From Aliicoccus sp. (GTDB taxonomy: Bacteria > Bacillota > Bacilli > Staphylococcales > Salinicoccaceae), in contig JBGYPO010000152.1 of NCBI GenBank assembly GCA_041838435.1, forward strand, positions 1-51,867: DNA of 51,867 bases, read 5' to 3'. The position numbers and the translations under genes were made by a program. Positions 20,119 to 30,040 of this stretch are shown piece after piece. The stretch's first letter is position 1, and each line of letters opens with the position of its first letter. Below the pieces are notes generated by a model. The model had not been told where the DNA came from, searched no databases, and was given only the letters and a program-made list of their open reading frames with translations.

Positions 20119-22562
20119 AATGACGCTCCTTCATCATGCTCCTGCACCAGTACAGCTCTTGGTTTGCTGCCGCTGGAAGGTCCAATTACACCGTTTGCTT
20201 CTAAATCATCAACAAGTCGTGCTGCACGGTTATAACCGATGCGGAACTGTCTTTGAAGTAACGACGCACTTGCGCGTTGTTCTTCAATAACAAACCATTT
20301 CGCATCCGGGTATAATGTATCTTCTGATTCAACTTCTTTAGTTTTTAATGGTTGATTCATAATTGATTTTTCATAATTTGCTTTCATTTGAGTTGTGATA
20401 GATGATACGACATCATTCACTTCATTATCACTTAAGAACGCGCCTTGGACTCGAATTGGCTTGCTGCGTCCTGAGGGTAGGAATAACATGTCACCACGGC
20501 CAAGTAGTTTTTCAGCACCCGAACCATCAATAATCGTGCGCGAGTCGATTTGGGAACTGACACTAAAGGCGATTCTGGAAGGGATATTCGCTTTAATAAT
20601 CCCTGTTATTACGTCAACAGATGGTCGCTGTGTGGCAATGACTAAATGAATGCCGGCTGCGCGGGCCATCTGAGCGATACGCGTAATTGATGCCTCAACA
20701 TCTTTTGACGCTACCATCATAAGATCTGCTAACTCGTCTATAATAACAACGATATAAGGCAGTTTCTTCACAGCTTCATTACCCTTTGTTTCTCGCTCTA
20801 AATACTGATTGTACCCTTCCATATTTCTAGTATTAGAGTGTGAGAACAAGTCATAGCGTCGCTCCATTTCAGAGACAATCTTATTCAGTGCGTCACTTGC
20901 CTTTTGTGGATTCGTAACCACTGGTGCGAGCAAATGTGGAATGCCGTTGTAAACGTTCAGCTCAACCATCTTAGGGTCAACCATCATTAATTTCACTTCA
21001 TGAGGTTTCGCATTCATTAAAATACTTACAATGATGCCGTTGATTGCTACGGATTTACCACTTCCTGTAGAACCCGCAACAAGCAAGTGCGGCATCTTAT
21101 TGAGTTCTGCCATGATTGGAGCACCAGATATATCTTTACCAAGCGCTACTTCGAGTGGGTTTTTACTTGAACGCTTCTTCAATACTTCACGCAGAGTTAC
21201 CATGCTTACAACTGAGTTTGGCACCTCTATACCGACAGCAGATTTACCAGGTATTGGCGCTTCTATGCGAATATCTTTTGCTGCTAAATTCAGTGCGATA
21301 TCATTTTGTAAGTTAATAATCTTACTGACCTTAACACCGATATCCGGTTGAATTTCAAATTGCGTCACCGCTGGACCTATACGGATTTTCGTTACTTTCG
21401 CATTTACTCCAAAGTTCTCCAGTGTTTCTTCAAGTAACTTCCCTTGTGCAAGCACTTCATCGTTGCTCACCTTTTCATTGACAACTGCATCATCAAGTAA
21501 AGATATCTGAGGGAGCTTGTAGCGCTTTAACTGCTTGAGTTCGTCACTCGTATACATTGGAAACTTATCAATGTTAGGTTCTGTTTCTTCAGATTCTGGC
21601 ACGACTGCCGTCACGTCATCTTCCTCATATTCAAGCTCTCGTTTTTCATCCGGAGTCTCATCAATCATGTCGTCCTTCACATCATCAGAACGTGTATTAT
21701 CTGTTTGTTCGTCCTGAGTCGATTCTATTTCTATAGAAGCATCGGGTGGATCACTTGTATCGGTCACAATAGAAAATGATGGTGCAGGTTCTTCTTCAAA
21801 CGTACGCTTTTTACGCTTAGAGGATGCTTTCTTTTTAGGCACATCTTCTCTGGCATCAGTATCTTCAATAACTGAAGCTGTTGCTTTTGATTTTTCTTGT
21901 TCAATCTTTGACGCCTCTCGTTTTTCTATTAGAGAATCAACCCATTTACGGATCGACGTCACAATACGCGTCATCATATCCCATATGAATAAAACAAATG
22001 CTCTCGTTCCTTTATAGAGCATCGCTCCGTGTCTTCTGAGTGCAACACCAACGTTGATTTTAAAGATAAGAAGCACACTGAAATATAAGAAAATTAATCC
22101 GAGTAATATAGTGCCAATAAAGGAGACAACAGTGGCTGAAAACTCAAATAAAAATTGACCAATGATACCGCCGCCAAAAAATTGTCCGATGCCATACGTT
22201 TCTATGTAGTTGATGGTTTCATCGAATGAGTAAAATTCTAGCACACGGGGTTGATTCGTCACATATAAAATGGAATGGAATAAAAATATTAAACTAATTT
22301 GCAACAGGATAAAACCAACCGCCCTGCCCTCAAATACAAATTTATTGCGAGAAGCGAGAATGACAAAAAAGACAACGAGTAACAAGTAACTTAAATAACG
22401 CGTGCTGCCAAATAAATAAGCAAACAATGCGTCGGTTACTTGTCCAAATTGTCCGAGTTGGAACACTGTAATCATCATTAAAATAATGACGACAAATGCA
22501 ATAATTGAGAGCAGCGTTTGATTATCCTGTTTACGTTGTGTGTTACTTTTTCTCTTAGACAA
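20115..22562 (-). CDS. ftsK: DNA translocase FtsK/SpoIIIE
   Basis: N-terminal TM domain, acidic linker, [14 protein letters not shown], gamma domain [18 protein letters not shown] start. Confidence 0.97.
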   Translation of the reverse strand: MSKRKSNTQRKQDNQTLLSIIAFVVIILMMITVFQLGQFGQVTDALFAYLFGSTRYLSYLLLVVFFVILASRNKFVFEGRAVGFILLQISLIFLFHSILYVTNQPRVLEFYSFDETINYIETYGIGQFFGGGIIGQFLFEFSATVVSFIGTILLGLIFLYFSVLLIFKINVGVALRRHGAMLYKGTRAFVLFIWDMMTRIVTSIRKWVDSLIEKREASKIEQEKSKATASVIEDTDAREDVPKKKASSKRKKRTFEEEPAPSFSIVTDTSDPPDASIEIESTQDEQTDNTRSDDVKDDMIDETPDEKRELEYEEDDVTAVVPESEETEPNIDKFPMYTSDELKQLKRYKLPQISLLDDAVVNEKVSNDEVLAQGKLLEETLENFGVNAKVTKIRIGPAVTQFEIQPDIGVKVSKIINLQNDIALNLAAKDIRIEAPIPGKSAVGIEVPNSVVSMVTLREVLKKRSSKNPLEVALGKDISGAPIMAELNKMPHLLVAGSTGSGKSVAINGIIVSILMNAKPHEVKLMMVDPKMVELNVYNGIPHLLAPVVTNPQKASDALNKIVSEMERRYDLFSHSNTRNMEGYNQYLERETKGNEAVKKLPYIVVIIDELADLMMVASKDVEASITRIAQMARAAGIHLVIATQRPSVDVITGIIKANIPSRIAFSVSSQIDSRTIIDGSGAEKLLGRGDMLFLPSGRSKPIRVQGAFLSDNEVNDVVSSITTQMKANYEKSIMNQPLKTKEVESEDTLYPDAKWFVIEEQRASASLLQRQFRIGYNRAARLVDDLEANGVIGPSSGSKPRAVLVQEHDEGASL

Positions 22563-22583
22563 AAAAACACCTCAATATAATGA

Positions 22584-22607
22584 ATGAGACTGTTTGCACA
22601 GTCTCAT
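22584..22607 (-). terminator. Stem-loop after rnjB (weak U-tract; terminator or stabiliser)
   Basis: ATGAGACTGT-gcaa-ACAGTCTCAT perfect 10-bp stem. Confidence 0.55.
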
Positions 22608-22609
22608 AT

Positions 22610-24286
22610 TTAAATTTCTGAAATTATTGGAATGATCATTGGATTACGCTTCGTGTTCTCATATAAGAACTTGTTTAAATCATCGCGAATCTCCTGTTTC
22701 AAATCGTTCCAATCCAGTTTTGAAGTTGTTAAATGATTATTTACGGTATCAAGTATACGCGCCTCTGCTGTCTTTAACAGCTCTTCGCTTTCCTTTACAT
22801 ACACAAATCCCCGCGACTGAATTTCTGGTCCTGCAACAATTTCTTTTTTCTTTTTATCGATTGAGACAACCGCAATAAATATCCCGTTATCACTGAGTAA
22901 TCGTCTATCTCTAAGTACGATATTACCAACGTCCCCAACACCACTACCGTCGATTAATACATTGCCTGCAGGTACTTTCTCATTGCTGAGCATCGTGCCT
23001 TTGTCGTAAGAGACAACCTCACCTTTTTCAAGTAAGAATATGTTCTCGGGTTTGACACCAGTTTCAGCAGCGAGTTTCGCATGTGCAATTTGCATTTTGA
23101 ATTCACCTTGCACAGGAATAAAATACTTCGGCTTAAAGATATTTAAAATCATTTTTAATTCTTCACTTAAACCATGACCAGAAGCGTGCATGCCATCTTT
23201 AGGAAGCATGATTGACGCGCCCGCTTTGACCAACAGGTTTAACGTCTCAAATAAAATAACTTCCATGTTTGATGATGCTGTCGTTAAAACGAACACGCGG
23301 TCACCATCGATGATGTTTGTCACATCATGCTTACCACGGCTCATTTTACCAAGTGCTTCTATCGGTTCACCCTGTGTACCTGTCGCAATGATAACAACTT
23401 CATTCTTTGGATAGTCACCAATTGCATGACTTGGAATTAGTAAACCTTCCGGAATATCAAAATAACCTAAATTACGAGCAACTCTAAATGAAGACTCGAG
23501 CGTTTTACCTAAGAACGATACCTTACGATTCGTTTTAGCTGCATTCGTTAATACTTGTTGAATTCTGACAAAGTTTGACGCATAACATGACACGATGATG
23601 CGTCCTTTTGTTTTAGAAAATTCATCAAGTAAATGCCCTTCAACAATATTCTCAGGCGTGTTATAGCCACGCTTTTCAGCTTCTGTCGAATCACTGATCA
23701 GCACTAAAATATTATTTTTGTTTGCAATTTCATACATCTTACTCATGTTGTACCCGTAGTCTCCAGTTAAGCTTTGGTCAACTTTGAACTCGCCTGTATA
23801 TACAATCGAGCCGAGGCGCGTGTGAATGGCAACGCCATATGCATCAGGAATACTGTGGCTGACTTCAAAGAATTCCATCGACACTTTGTCAAACTTCATC
23901 ACCGATTTACTGTCAATCGTGAAGAACTTCACCTTTTTGTTGATGCCACGCTCTTTTAAGCGTTCCTTAACAAGTGCTATCGTCAGTTTTGATGCGTAAA
24001 TTGGCACATCAAGCTCTTTTACAAGATAAGGAATCGCACCGATTGAATCTTCATGTCCATGCGATAAAAATATGCCTTTTAACTTACTCTTGTTCTCTCT
24101 CACATACGTGATGTCTGGAATGACAATATCAATCCCGAGCATCTCATCTTCCGGGAACATTAACCCGGCATCTAATATAAACATTTCTTCATCAACGTTT
24201 ACAACGTACATGTTTTTCGCGATTTCACCTACACCGCCAAGCGGTATAATTTTCAAATCAATATCTTCTGTGATTGTGTTATTCAA
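22610..24286 (-). CDS. rnjB: Ribonuclease J2
   Basis: [13 protein letters not shown] and a degenerate metallo-beta-lactamase motif SHGHEDSIG (vs HxHxDH), typical of J2. Position between pnp and ftsK. Confidence 0.93.
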   Translation of the reverse strand: MNNTITEDIDLKIIPLGGVGEIAKNMYVVNVDEEMFILDAGLMFPEDEMLGIDIVIPDITYVRENKSKLKGIFLSHGHEDSIGAIPYLVKELDVPIYASKLTIALVKERLKERGINKKVKFFTIDSKSVMKFDKVSMEFFEVSHSIPDAYGVAIHTRLGSIVYTGEFKVDQSLTGDYGYNMSKMYEIANKNNILVLISDSTEAEKRGYNTPENIVEGHLLDEFSKTKGRIIVSCYASNFVRIQQVLTNAAKTNRKVSFLGKTLESSFRVARNLGYFDIPEGLLIPSHAIGDYPKNEVVIIATGTQGEPIEALGKMSRGKHDVTNIIDGDRVFVLTTASSNMEVILFETLNLLVKAGASIMLPKDGMHASGHGLSEELKMILNIFKPKYFIPVQGEFKMQIAHAKLAAETGVKPENIFLLEKGEVVSYDKGTMLSNEKVPAGNVLIDGSGVGDVGNIVLRDRRLLSDNGIFIAVVSIDKKKKEIVAGPEIQSRGFVYVKESEELLKTAEARILDTVNNHLTTSKLDWNDLKQEIRDDLNKFLYENTKRNPMIIPIISEI

Positions 24287-24296
24287 TGAAACTCAC

Positions 24297-24560
24297 CTAC
24301 TGTTCTTTAAAAGATGCACGGTAACCAAAATTATCGATTGTTAATTTATCGAGTGTAACATTTTCCGCTTTGAACTTTATTTCGTCATCTTGTTTAAATA
24401 CGATTAAATCAATATCTTTCTTTGTCTCATGATATTGCTTTAATTCATTTCCGAGCGATAAAGAACTAAATGACACGCGAATTTCACGGTCATCTGTTTC
24501 TCTAATTTGGCCTTCTACGTCATATGATTGTTCATTTAATTGTACATGATTAAAAACCAT
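24297..24560 (-). CDS. Hypothetical 87-aa acidic protein
   Basis: Fills the pnp-rnjB gap exactly. AAGGAG RBS in the pnp 3' end, ATG 1 nt after the pnp stop, natural composition. Confidence 0.8.
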   Translation of the reverse strand: MVFNHVQLNEQSYDVEGQIRETDDREIRVSFSSLSLGNELKQYHETKKDIDLIVFKQDDEIKFKAENVTLDKLTIDNFGYRASFKEQ

Positions 24561-24561
24561 T

Positions 24562-26673
24562 TTATTTTTCTCCTTCTTCTAGCATTACTTTACGCGATGC
24601 GTTTACTCGACCCTGCCTATCAATTTCCGTTACTTTAACGAGTACTTGATCGTCTAACTTTAAAACATCCTCAACTTTGTTCACGCGTTCGTTTGCGAGT
24701 TGCGAAATGTGCACAAGTGCATCTTTTCCTGGGAAGAGTTCAACAAATGCACCGAACTTCTCAATACGCTTAACAGTACCCATGTATACTTCGCCAACTT
24801 CAGCGACACGCACGATATCTTCAATACGTTTTTTAGCCAGCTTAATCATCTCTTGATCACTTGAACCGATAAAGATCGTCCCATCCTGTTCAATATCAAG
24901 TTTAACACCAGTCTCATCAATGATTTCATTGATTTTCTTACCGCCTGGTCCAATGACGTCGCGAATTTTGTTCGAATCAATCGTCATAATTTCAACCTTA
25001 GGTGCATATTGTGATAACTCTTCTCTCGGTGCGTCAATTGTTGCTAACATGTTTTCTAGAATTTCCGCACGGCCAATGCGCGCCTGCTCTAATGCTTCAC
25101 GTAAAATCTCTTCAGCTAATCCATCAATCTTAATATCCATCTGAATCGCTGTGATACCTTTTTCAGTACCTGCAACTTTAAAGTCCATGTCCCCGAGTGC
25201 ATCTTCCATACCTTGAATATCAGAGAGAATTGTATAATCTTCACCAAGTTGAACCAGACCCATTGCAATACCGGATACCGGACGCTTGATTGGAACCCCT
25301 GCATCCATTAGAGCGAGTGTTGAAGCACAGATTGATGCTTGTGAACTTGAACCGTTAGACTCGAGCACTTCACTCACGACACGAATTGTATACGGGAAGT
25401 CTTTAATGTCAGGTAACACTTGGAACAATGCACGTTCACCAAGTGCACCATGTCCGATTTCACGACGTCCTGGACCACGAATTGGACCCGTTTCACCCAC
25501 TGAATAATTCGGGAAGTTATAGTGATGCATGTAGTGCTTCTCATCTTCTTCACCCAGACCATCGATGATTTGGTGTTCACCGAGCGCGCCAAGTGTACAT
25601 ACTGACAACACCTGCGTTTGACCACGTGTGAATAAACCTGAACCGTGTGTGCGTGGTAAGAAGCCGACCTGAGAATTAAGCGAACGGATTTGTTCTGGGT
25701 GACGCCCATCCGGACGGATTTTCTCTTCTGTAATAAGACGACGCACTTCTTCTTTAATTAAACGATTGACAATTTGGCTTGCTGCTTTTAATTCATCCTG
25801 TACCATGTCGTCTTCAGGATCATACATGCTTAAGATGTCATTTTTCGCTGCGGTAATTGCAGCTTCGCGTGCAAGTTTATCTGGATTTTGAAGCGCATCG
25901 AATAATTTAAATTCTTGTGCACGCTCATAAATCGATTGATTTAACGTTTCATTTTCTGCTGCTGGAATGAATTCTTTTTTAGTGATATCGAGTGTACTTA
26001 AAATTTCTTCTTGGAACGCGACCATCTCCTGGATGTTTTTGTGCGCATATAGAATTGCTTCAAGCATTTTATCCTCAGGTACTTCGACAGCACTTGCTTC
26101 TACCATGTTGACAGCGTCTTTCGTTCCTGCAACTTGTAAATTAAGTAAAGAATCCTGCAGTGCTTCACTTGATGGGTTAATTAAAAACTCCCCATCTTTT
26201 GTTAGACCGATGTTCACACCCGCGATAGGTCCTAGGAACGGGATGTTACTTACACTGAGTGCAAGTGAGCTGCCGAGCATTGCCGCCATCTCAGGTGATG
26301 CTTCGTTGTCAACAGACAGCACTGTTGATACAACTTGTATATCGTGACGATAACCATCTGGAAATAAAGGTCTAATTGGTCTATCGATTAAGCGTGACGT
26401 AAGCGTCGCTGTTTCACTTGGACGACCTTCTCTTTTGTTAAAGCCACCTGGAATTTTACCAGCTGCATATAGTTTCTCTTCGTAAGCCACCATCAGTGGG
26501 AAGAAGTCGACATCTCTAGGCTCTTTAGAAGCTGTTGCTGTTGATAAAACGACCGTATCACCGTAACGAATAAGTACAGCACCGTTCGCTTGTTTTGCGA
26601 GTTCCCCATATTCGACAACCAGTTTGTGATTGCCCCATTTCGTTTCAAATACTTTCTTTAAAGTATCACTCAT
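24562..26673 (-). CDS. pnp: Polyribonucleotide nucleotidyltransferase (PNPase)
   Basis: [39 protein letters not shown] and S1 domains. Confidence 0.99.
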   Translation of the reverse strand: MSDTLKKVFETKWGNHKLVVEYGELAKQANGAVLIRYGDTVVLSTATASKEPRDVDFFPLMVAYEEKLYAAGKIPGGFNKREGRPSETATLTSRLIDRPIRPLFPDGYRHDIQVVSTVLSVDNEASPEMAAMLGSSLALSVSNIPFLGPIAGVNIGLTKDGEFLINPSSEALQDSLLNLQVAGTKDAVNMVEASAVEVPEDKMLEAILYAHKNIQEMVAFQEEILSTLDITKKEFIPAAENETLNQSIYERAQEFKLFDALQNPDKLAREAAITAAKNDILSMYDPEDDMVQDELKAASQIVNRLIKEEVRRLITEEKIRPDGRHPEQIRSLNSQVGFLPRTHGSGLFTRGQTQVLSVCTLGALGEHQIIDGLGEEDEKHYMHHYNFPNYSVGETGPIRGPGRREIGHGALGERALFQVLPDIKDFPYTIRVVSEVLESNGSSSQASICASTLALMDAGVPIKRPVSGIAMGLVQLGEDYTILSDIQGMEDALGDMDFKVAGTEKGITAIQMDIKIDGLAEEILREALEQARIGRAEILENMLATIDAPREELSQYAPKVEIMTIDSNKIRDVIGPGGKKINEIIDETGVKLDIEQDGTIFIGSSDQEMIKLAKKRIEDIVRVAEVGEVYMGTVKRIEKFGAFVELFPGKDALVHISQLANERVNKVEDVLKLDDQVLVKVTEIDRQGRVNASRKVMLEEGEK

Positions 26674-26757
26674 ATTAATATTCTCTCCTTAGTATCTACT
26701 CTATGTAATTATATCATTTTTTCATTGTCTTATGTCTACCGAAACCAATGCACAAAT

Positions 26758-26795
26758 AAAAAAGACACAACACTGTTAGCAACAGCATTGCGTCT
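26758..26795 (-). terminator. Intrinsic terminator after rpsO
   Basis: AGACGCAATGCTGTT-gct-AACAGTGTTGTGTCT followed by a T run. Confidence 0.85.
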
Positions 26796-26810
26796 ATTGA
26801 ATATAAATTA

Positions 26811-27080
26811 TTATCTTCTTAATCCAAGTCTACCAATTAATTCACGGTATCTTTGAATGTCTTTGTTACGTAAGTAAGTTTGTAATCGCTTACGACGACC
26901 AACCATTTTTAATAGACCACGTCTAGAGTGGTGATCCTTTTTGTGCGTACGTAAGTGCTCGTTTAACGTGTTGATTTCTTCAGTTAATACAGCAATTTGT
27001 ACTTCTGGTGATCCAGTATCTGTTTCGTGAACACGATACTCCTGGATAAGTTCATTTTTACGTTCTTGTGAAATAGCCAT
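26811..27080 (-). CDS. rpsO: 30S ribosomal protein S15
   Basis: [13 protein letters not shown]...[11 protein letters not shown]. Confidence 0.99.
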   Translation of the reverse strand: MAISQERKNELIQEYRVHETDTGSPEVQIAVLTEEINTLNEHLRTHKKDHHSRRGLLKMVGRRKRLQTYLRNKDIQRYRELIGRLGLRR

Positions 27081-27156
27081 TGTATTTCCTCCTTTAATAT
27101 AGATTCACCCACAACCAAGCATTCGTCGGAGTCTCAAAATGCCAAGTAAGGGTACT
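27081..27156 (-). ncRNA. Firmicutes S15 autoregulatory leader (probable)
   Basis: 5' UTR CTTGGC..GAGACTCCGACG..GCTTGG..GGG resembles the Bacilli rpsO leader as I recall it. Sits between a clear promoter and the RBS. Confidence 0.7.
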
Positions 27157-27162
27157 TAGAGA

Positions 27163-27191
27163 AGTATACAGGTTTCGAGTGGTTGATGCAA
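27163..27191 (-). promoter_or_regulatory. sigma-A promoter for rpsO
   Basis: TTGCAT-17 nt-TATACT. Confidence 0.8.
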
Positions 27192-27209
27192 GGGATAGTT
27201 GTCGTTGTT

Positions 27210-27504
27210 GGCGAGTTCTCCGTCATACGTTGGAGCGATTACCGGGTAACGGAGAGTTCTCCACCATACGTTGGAGCGATTACCGGGTAACGGAGAGTTC
27301 TCCATCATACGCTAGACCGATTACCGGGTAACGGAGAGTTCTCCATCATACGCTAGACCGATTTACTGGTAACGGAGAGTTCTCCGTCATACGATAGACC
27401 GATTTACGGGTAACGGAGAGTTCTCCATCATACGCTAGACCGATTACCGGGTAACGGAGAGTTCTCCATCATACGATAGACCGATTACCGGGTAACGGAG
27501 AGTT
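27210..27504. repeat. Tandem hairpin array, type D (41-bp period, 7 units)
   Basis: Unit CTCCRTCA-TACGCTAGACCGATTACCGGG-TAACGGAG-AGTT starting at 27218, 27259, 27300, 27341, 27382, 27423, 27464. Contains near-palindromes TTACC-G-GGTAA and GGAGA-GT-TCTCC. Confidence 0.96.
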
Positions 27505-27684
27505 CTCATAGAGAAGATAAACACTCCAGCTGCTCTATGAAGCTTCCTCATAGAGAAGATAAACACCCCAGCTGCTCTATGAAGCTTCCTCATGAAGAAG
27601 ATAAACGGCCAGCTGCTCTATGAAGCTTTCTCATAGAGAAGATAAACACCCTATCAGCTCTATGAGACCCTCATAGAGCTGATA
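27505..27684. repeat. Tandem hairpin array, type E (40-42-bp period, 4 units plus a half unit), fused to type D
   Basis: Unit CTCATAGAG-AAGATAAACACYCCAGCTG-CTCTATGAA-GCTTC starting at 27505, 27547, 27589, 27630; final arm at 27670. Confidence 0.94.
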
Positions 27685-27700
27685 AGTCCATATATATAAT

Positions 27701-27734
27701 AAAAGTCATGTAGATAGATAACTATCCACATGAC
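27701..27734 (-). terminator. Intrinsic terminator after ribF
   Basis: GTCATGTGGATAG-ttat-CTATCTACATGAC then TTTTATT. Confidence 0.85.
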
Positions 27735-27753
27735 CCTATCTTCAACACCCCTA

Positions 27754-28692
27754 CTACTCTTCCAACATCTCCCTAGAATCTTCAACGTCTTGATAGATCT
27801 GTGCTTTCAAAGCATCTAGACTGTCAAATTTCTGTTCGTCTCTTAAATAATTCAAGAAGTAGACTGTCACTTCTTCACCGTAGATGTCTTGTTCAAAGTC
27901 GAGCAGATGTACTTCTACAGTTTTTGTGTGTTTCTCACGTGCTATCGTCGGTTTAATTCCAACGTTACACACGCCGGCCATTACTTTATCGTATGCATTT
28001 AACTTCAACTTCACCAGATAAACACCGTTTCCGGGATACTGGTAGCGATATTTCAGTTCAATGTTTGCAGTTGGGAAACCTATCGTACGCCCCATCTTCT
28101 CTCCTTGGACAACCAGGCCTTCAAGTTCGAAGGGGCGTCCGAGTGCTGTGTTCACTGCTTCAATGCGGCTCTCTTTCAAATCATTTAGTATTTGTGTCGT
28201 CGATATTTTAGCGCCATCCATATCAAGTCTATCGACAACAATTGTCTCAAACTCAGCATATTGCTTGAGTGTATCGACATTGCCTTCACCATATTTACCA
28301 TATGTAAAGTCAAAGCCGGTAATGACAGCTTTGGCATTGTTCTCAACTAAGTAACTATGAACAAAATCTTCTGGTGAAATTGCTCTAAACACACTTGAGA
28401 ACTGAATCACAAACACGTAATCAAGACCCATTTCTTCAAGTTTCTTTAATTTTATTTCAAGCGGTGTGATATAAGTTGTACGCTGACTTGTAGGGTTCAA
28501 TACGACAGATGGATGTGGATCAAAAGTCACGACACCTTTTTTAAGATTTTTTGCATCTGCAACATCAATCATTGCGTTAATCACTTGTTGATGTCCAATA
28601 TGCAGACCATCAAAAAATCCTAACGCAACTGCACACGGCTCAATATCATTTGTTTCTTGTATTTTTGGATAATGTAGCTTTATGACTCTCAC
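27754..28692 (-). CDS. ribF: Bifunctional riboflavin kinase/FAD synthetase
   Basis: LGFFDGLHIGH, TFDPHP, GRTIGFPTAN, EVHLLDF. Confidence 0.97.
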   Translation of the reverse strand: MRVIKLHYPKIQETNDIEPCAVALGFFDGLHIGHQQVINAMIDVADAKNLKKGVVTFDPHPSVVLNPTSQRTTYITPLEIKLKKLEEMGLDYVFVIQFSSVFRAISPEDFVHSYLVENNAKAVITGFDFTYGKYGEGNVDTLKQYAEFETIVVDRLDMDGAKISTTQILNDLKESRIEAVNTALGRPFELEGLVVQGEKMGRTIGFPTANIELKYRYQYPGNGVYLVKLKLNAYDKVMAGVCNVGIKPTIAREKHTKTVEVHLLDFEQDIYGEEVTVYFLNYLRDEQKFDSLDALKAQIYQDVEDSREMLEE

Positions 28693-28703
28693 ATGCGTTC
28701 CTC

Positions 28704-29597
28704 CTACAAATTAAACATTTTGAATGTTCTGTACTCATCTTTTTCTTCACCCATGTATCTGTAAATACCGATCGGTTGATTTGCATCTCTAAATAATATT
28801 CGCGGTACTTTACTACCATATAGTTGCGCGACAATCTCAGCCGGAACCTTTTGGCCATGCGTCACTTCGAATAATAAATCTTTTTCATCCTGCACATCAA
28901 TTTCAGGCATACCTTCTAAAATATCGATAATAGGTATAATTTCCCCAGCATCAATTTCAGATAAAGGTATCGCATCTTCTAATTCAAATCCGCAACTGCC
29001 AGTTCTTACAAGTCCTGACATATGTGCTTCTACGCCGAGTGCCTTACCTATATCAACTGCAAGTGTGCGTATGTATGTACCTTTAGAACATGTTACATCT
29101 ATATTAAATGATATATTACCATCTTTCAATTGTGGTTCAGATGTTCGCACTAAATCATAGATGTGGACTGTCTTTATCGGTCGTTCCACCTCGATGCCTT
29201 CACGCGCATAGAAATATAACTTTCTGCCATCTACTTTCACTGAAGAATAGAGTGGTACTCTTTGGTGGTACTCACCACGTAATGACTGAATTGCCTGGTC
29301 TATATCTTCAACACTAATACCTTCGACTGATGAGGTATTAACAACATCACCCGATTTGTCTTCAGTTGTTGTTGAGAATCCCAGCGTCACTTCAGCACTA
29401 TAAGATTTTTCTCTTTCTTGTAAAATTTCAGTTAGTTTTGTTGCTTCTCCAACGAGCATCACGAGTAAGCCTGTGACGTCTGGATCCAGCGTTCCCGTAT
29501 GTCCAACACGCTTTGTCTGCAGCGCACGTCTTAAGCGATACACAACATCATGACTCGTCATCCCAACTGGTTTATCGATGAGTAAAACACCATTCAT
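28704..29597 (-). CDS. truB: tRNA pseudouridine(55) synthase
   Basis: DKPVGMTSHDVV, GHTGTLDP, SKGTYIRTL. Start moved to MNGVLL. Confidence 0.97.
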   Translation of the reverse strand: MNGVLLIDKPVGMTSHDVVYRLRRALQTKRVGHTGTLDPDVTGLLVMLVGEATKLTEILQEREKSYSAEVTLGFSTTTEDKSGDVVNTSSVEGISVEDIDQAIQSLRGEYHQRVPLYSSVKVDGRKLYFYAREGIEVERPIKTVHIYDLVRTSEPQLKDGNISFNIDVTCSKGTYIRTLAVDIGKALGVEAHMSGLVRTGSCGFELEDAIPLSEIDAGEIIPIIDILEGMPEIDVQDEKDLLFEVTHGQKVPAEIVAQLYGSKVPRILFRDANQPIGIYRYMGEEKDEYRTFKMFNL

Positions 29598-29627
29598 ACA
29601 ACTTTCCCCATTCACAAATAAAATTTC

Positions 29628-29667
29628 AGGCACAGTGTTCCATTTTCATAATGAAACAACTGTGCCT
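29628..29667 (-). terminator. Stem-loop between rbfA and truB
   Basis: Imperfect long inverted repeat AGGCACAGT...ACTGTGCCT without an immediate U-tract. Confidence 0.45.
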
Positions 29668-29696
29668 AGTTAAACGCATTCAATTGATAACGCTGT

Positions 29697-30035
29697 TTAT
29701 TTCTCACGAATTTCATTCAATAACGATTCGATACGGCTGCCATATTCAATCGAGTTATCATACTTAAATTCAATCTCAGGTGCCTTTCTTAAACGAATCT
29801 CTTTCGCGACAGCACTGCGTACTAAACCTTTAGCTTTGTTTAGCGCAGCTTCTGCTTCTTCTTTATTTTCGTTAAGTGTTGTAAAGTAAACCGTTGCGAC
29901 TTCAAGTTCTTTAGTCATATCAACATCAGTAATCGTCACCATACCAAGGTTCGGATCTTTGATTTCTGTACGCACAGTTTCGCTGACAACTTTTTTGACT
30001 TCTTCTGCTACACGGTCTTTTCTATTATTACTCAT
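29697..30035 (-). CDS. rbfA: Ribosome-binding factor A
   Basis: IKDPNLGMVTITDV...LRKAPEIEFKYD; follows infB. Confidence 0.97.
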   Translation of the reverse strand: MSNNRKDRVAEEVKKVVSETVRTEIKDPNLGMVTITDVDMTKELEVATVYFTTLNENKEEAEAALNKAKGLVRSAVAKEIRLRKAPEIEFKYDNSIEYGSRIESLLNEIREK

Positions 30036-30040
30036 AAAAA

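Noticed and set aside
22610-24286. Degenerate catalytic motif in the RNase J gene as a sign of pseudogenisation
   Set aside because: The ORF is full length, and this degeneracy is the normal signature of RNase J2.
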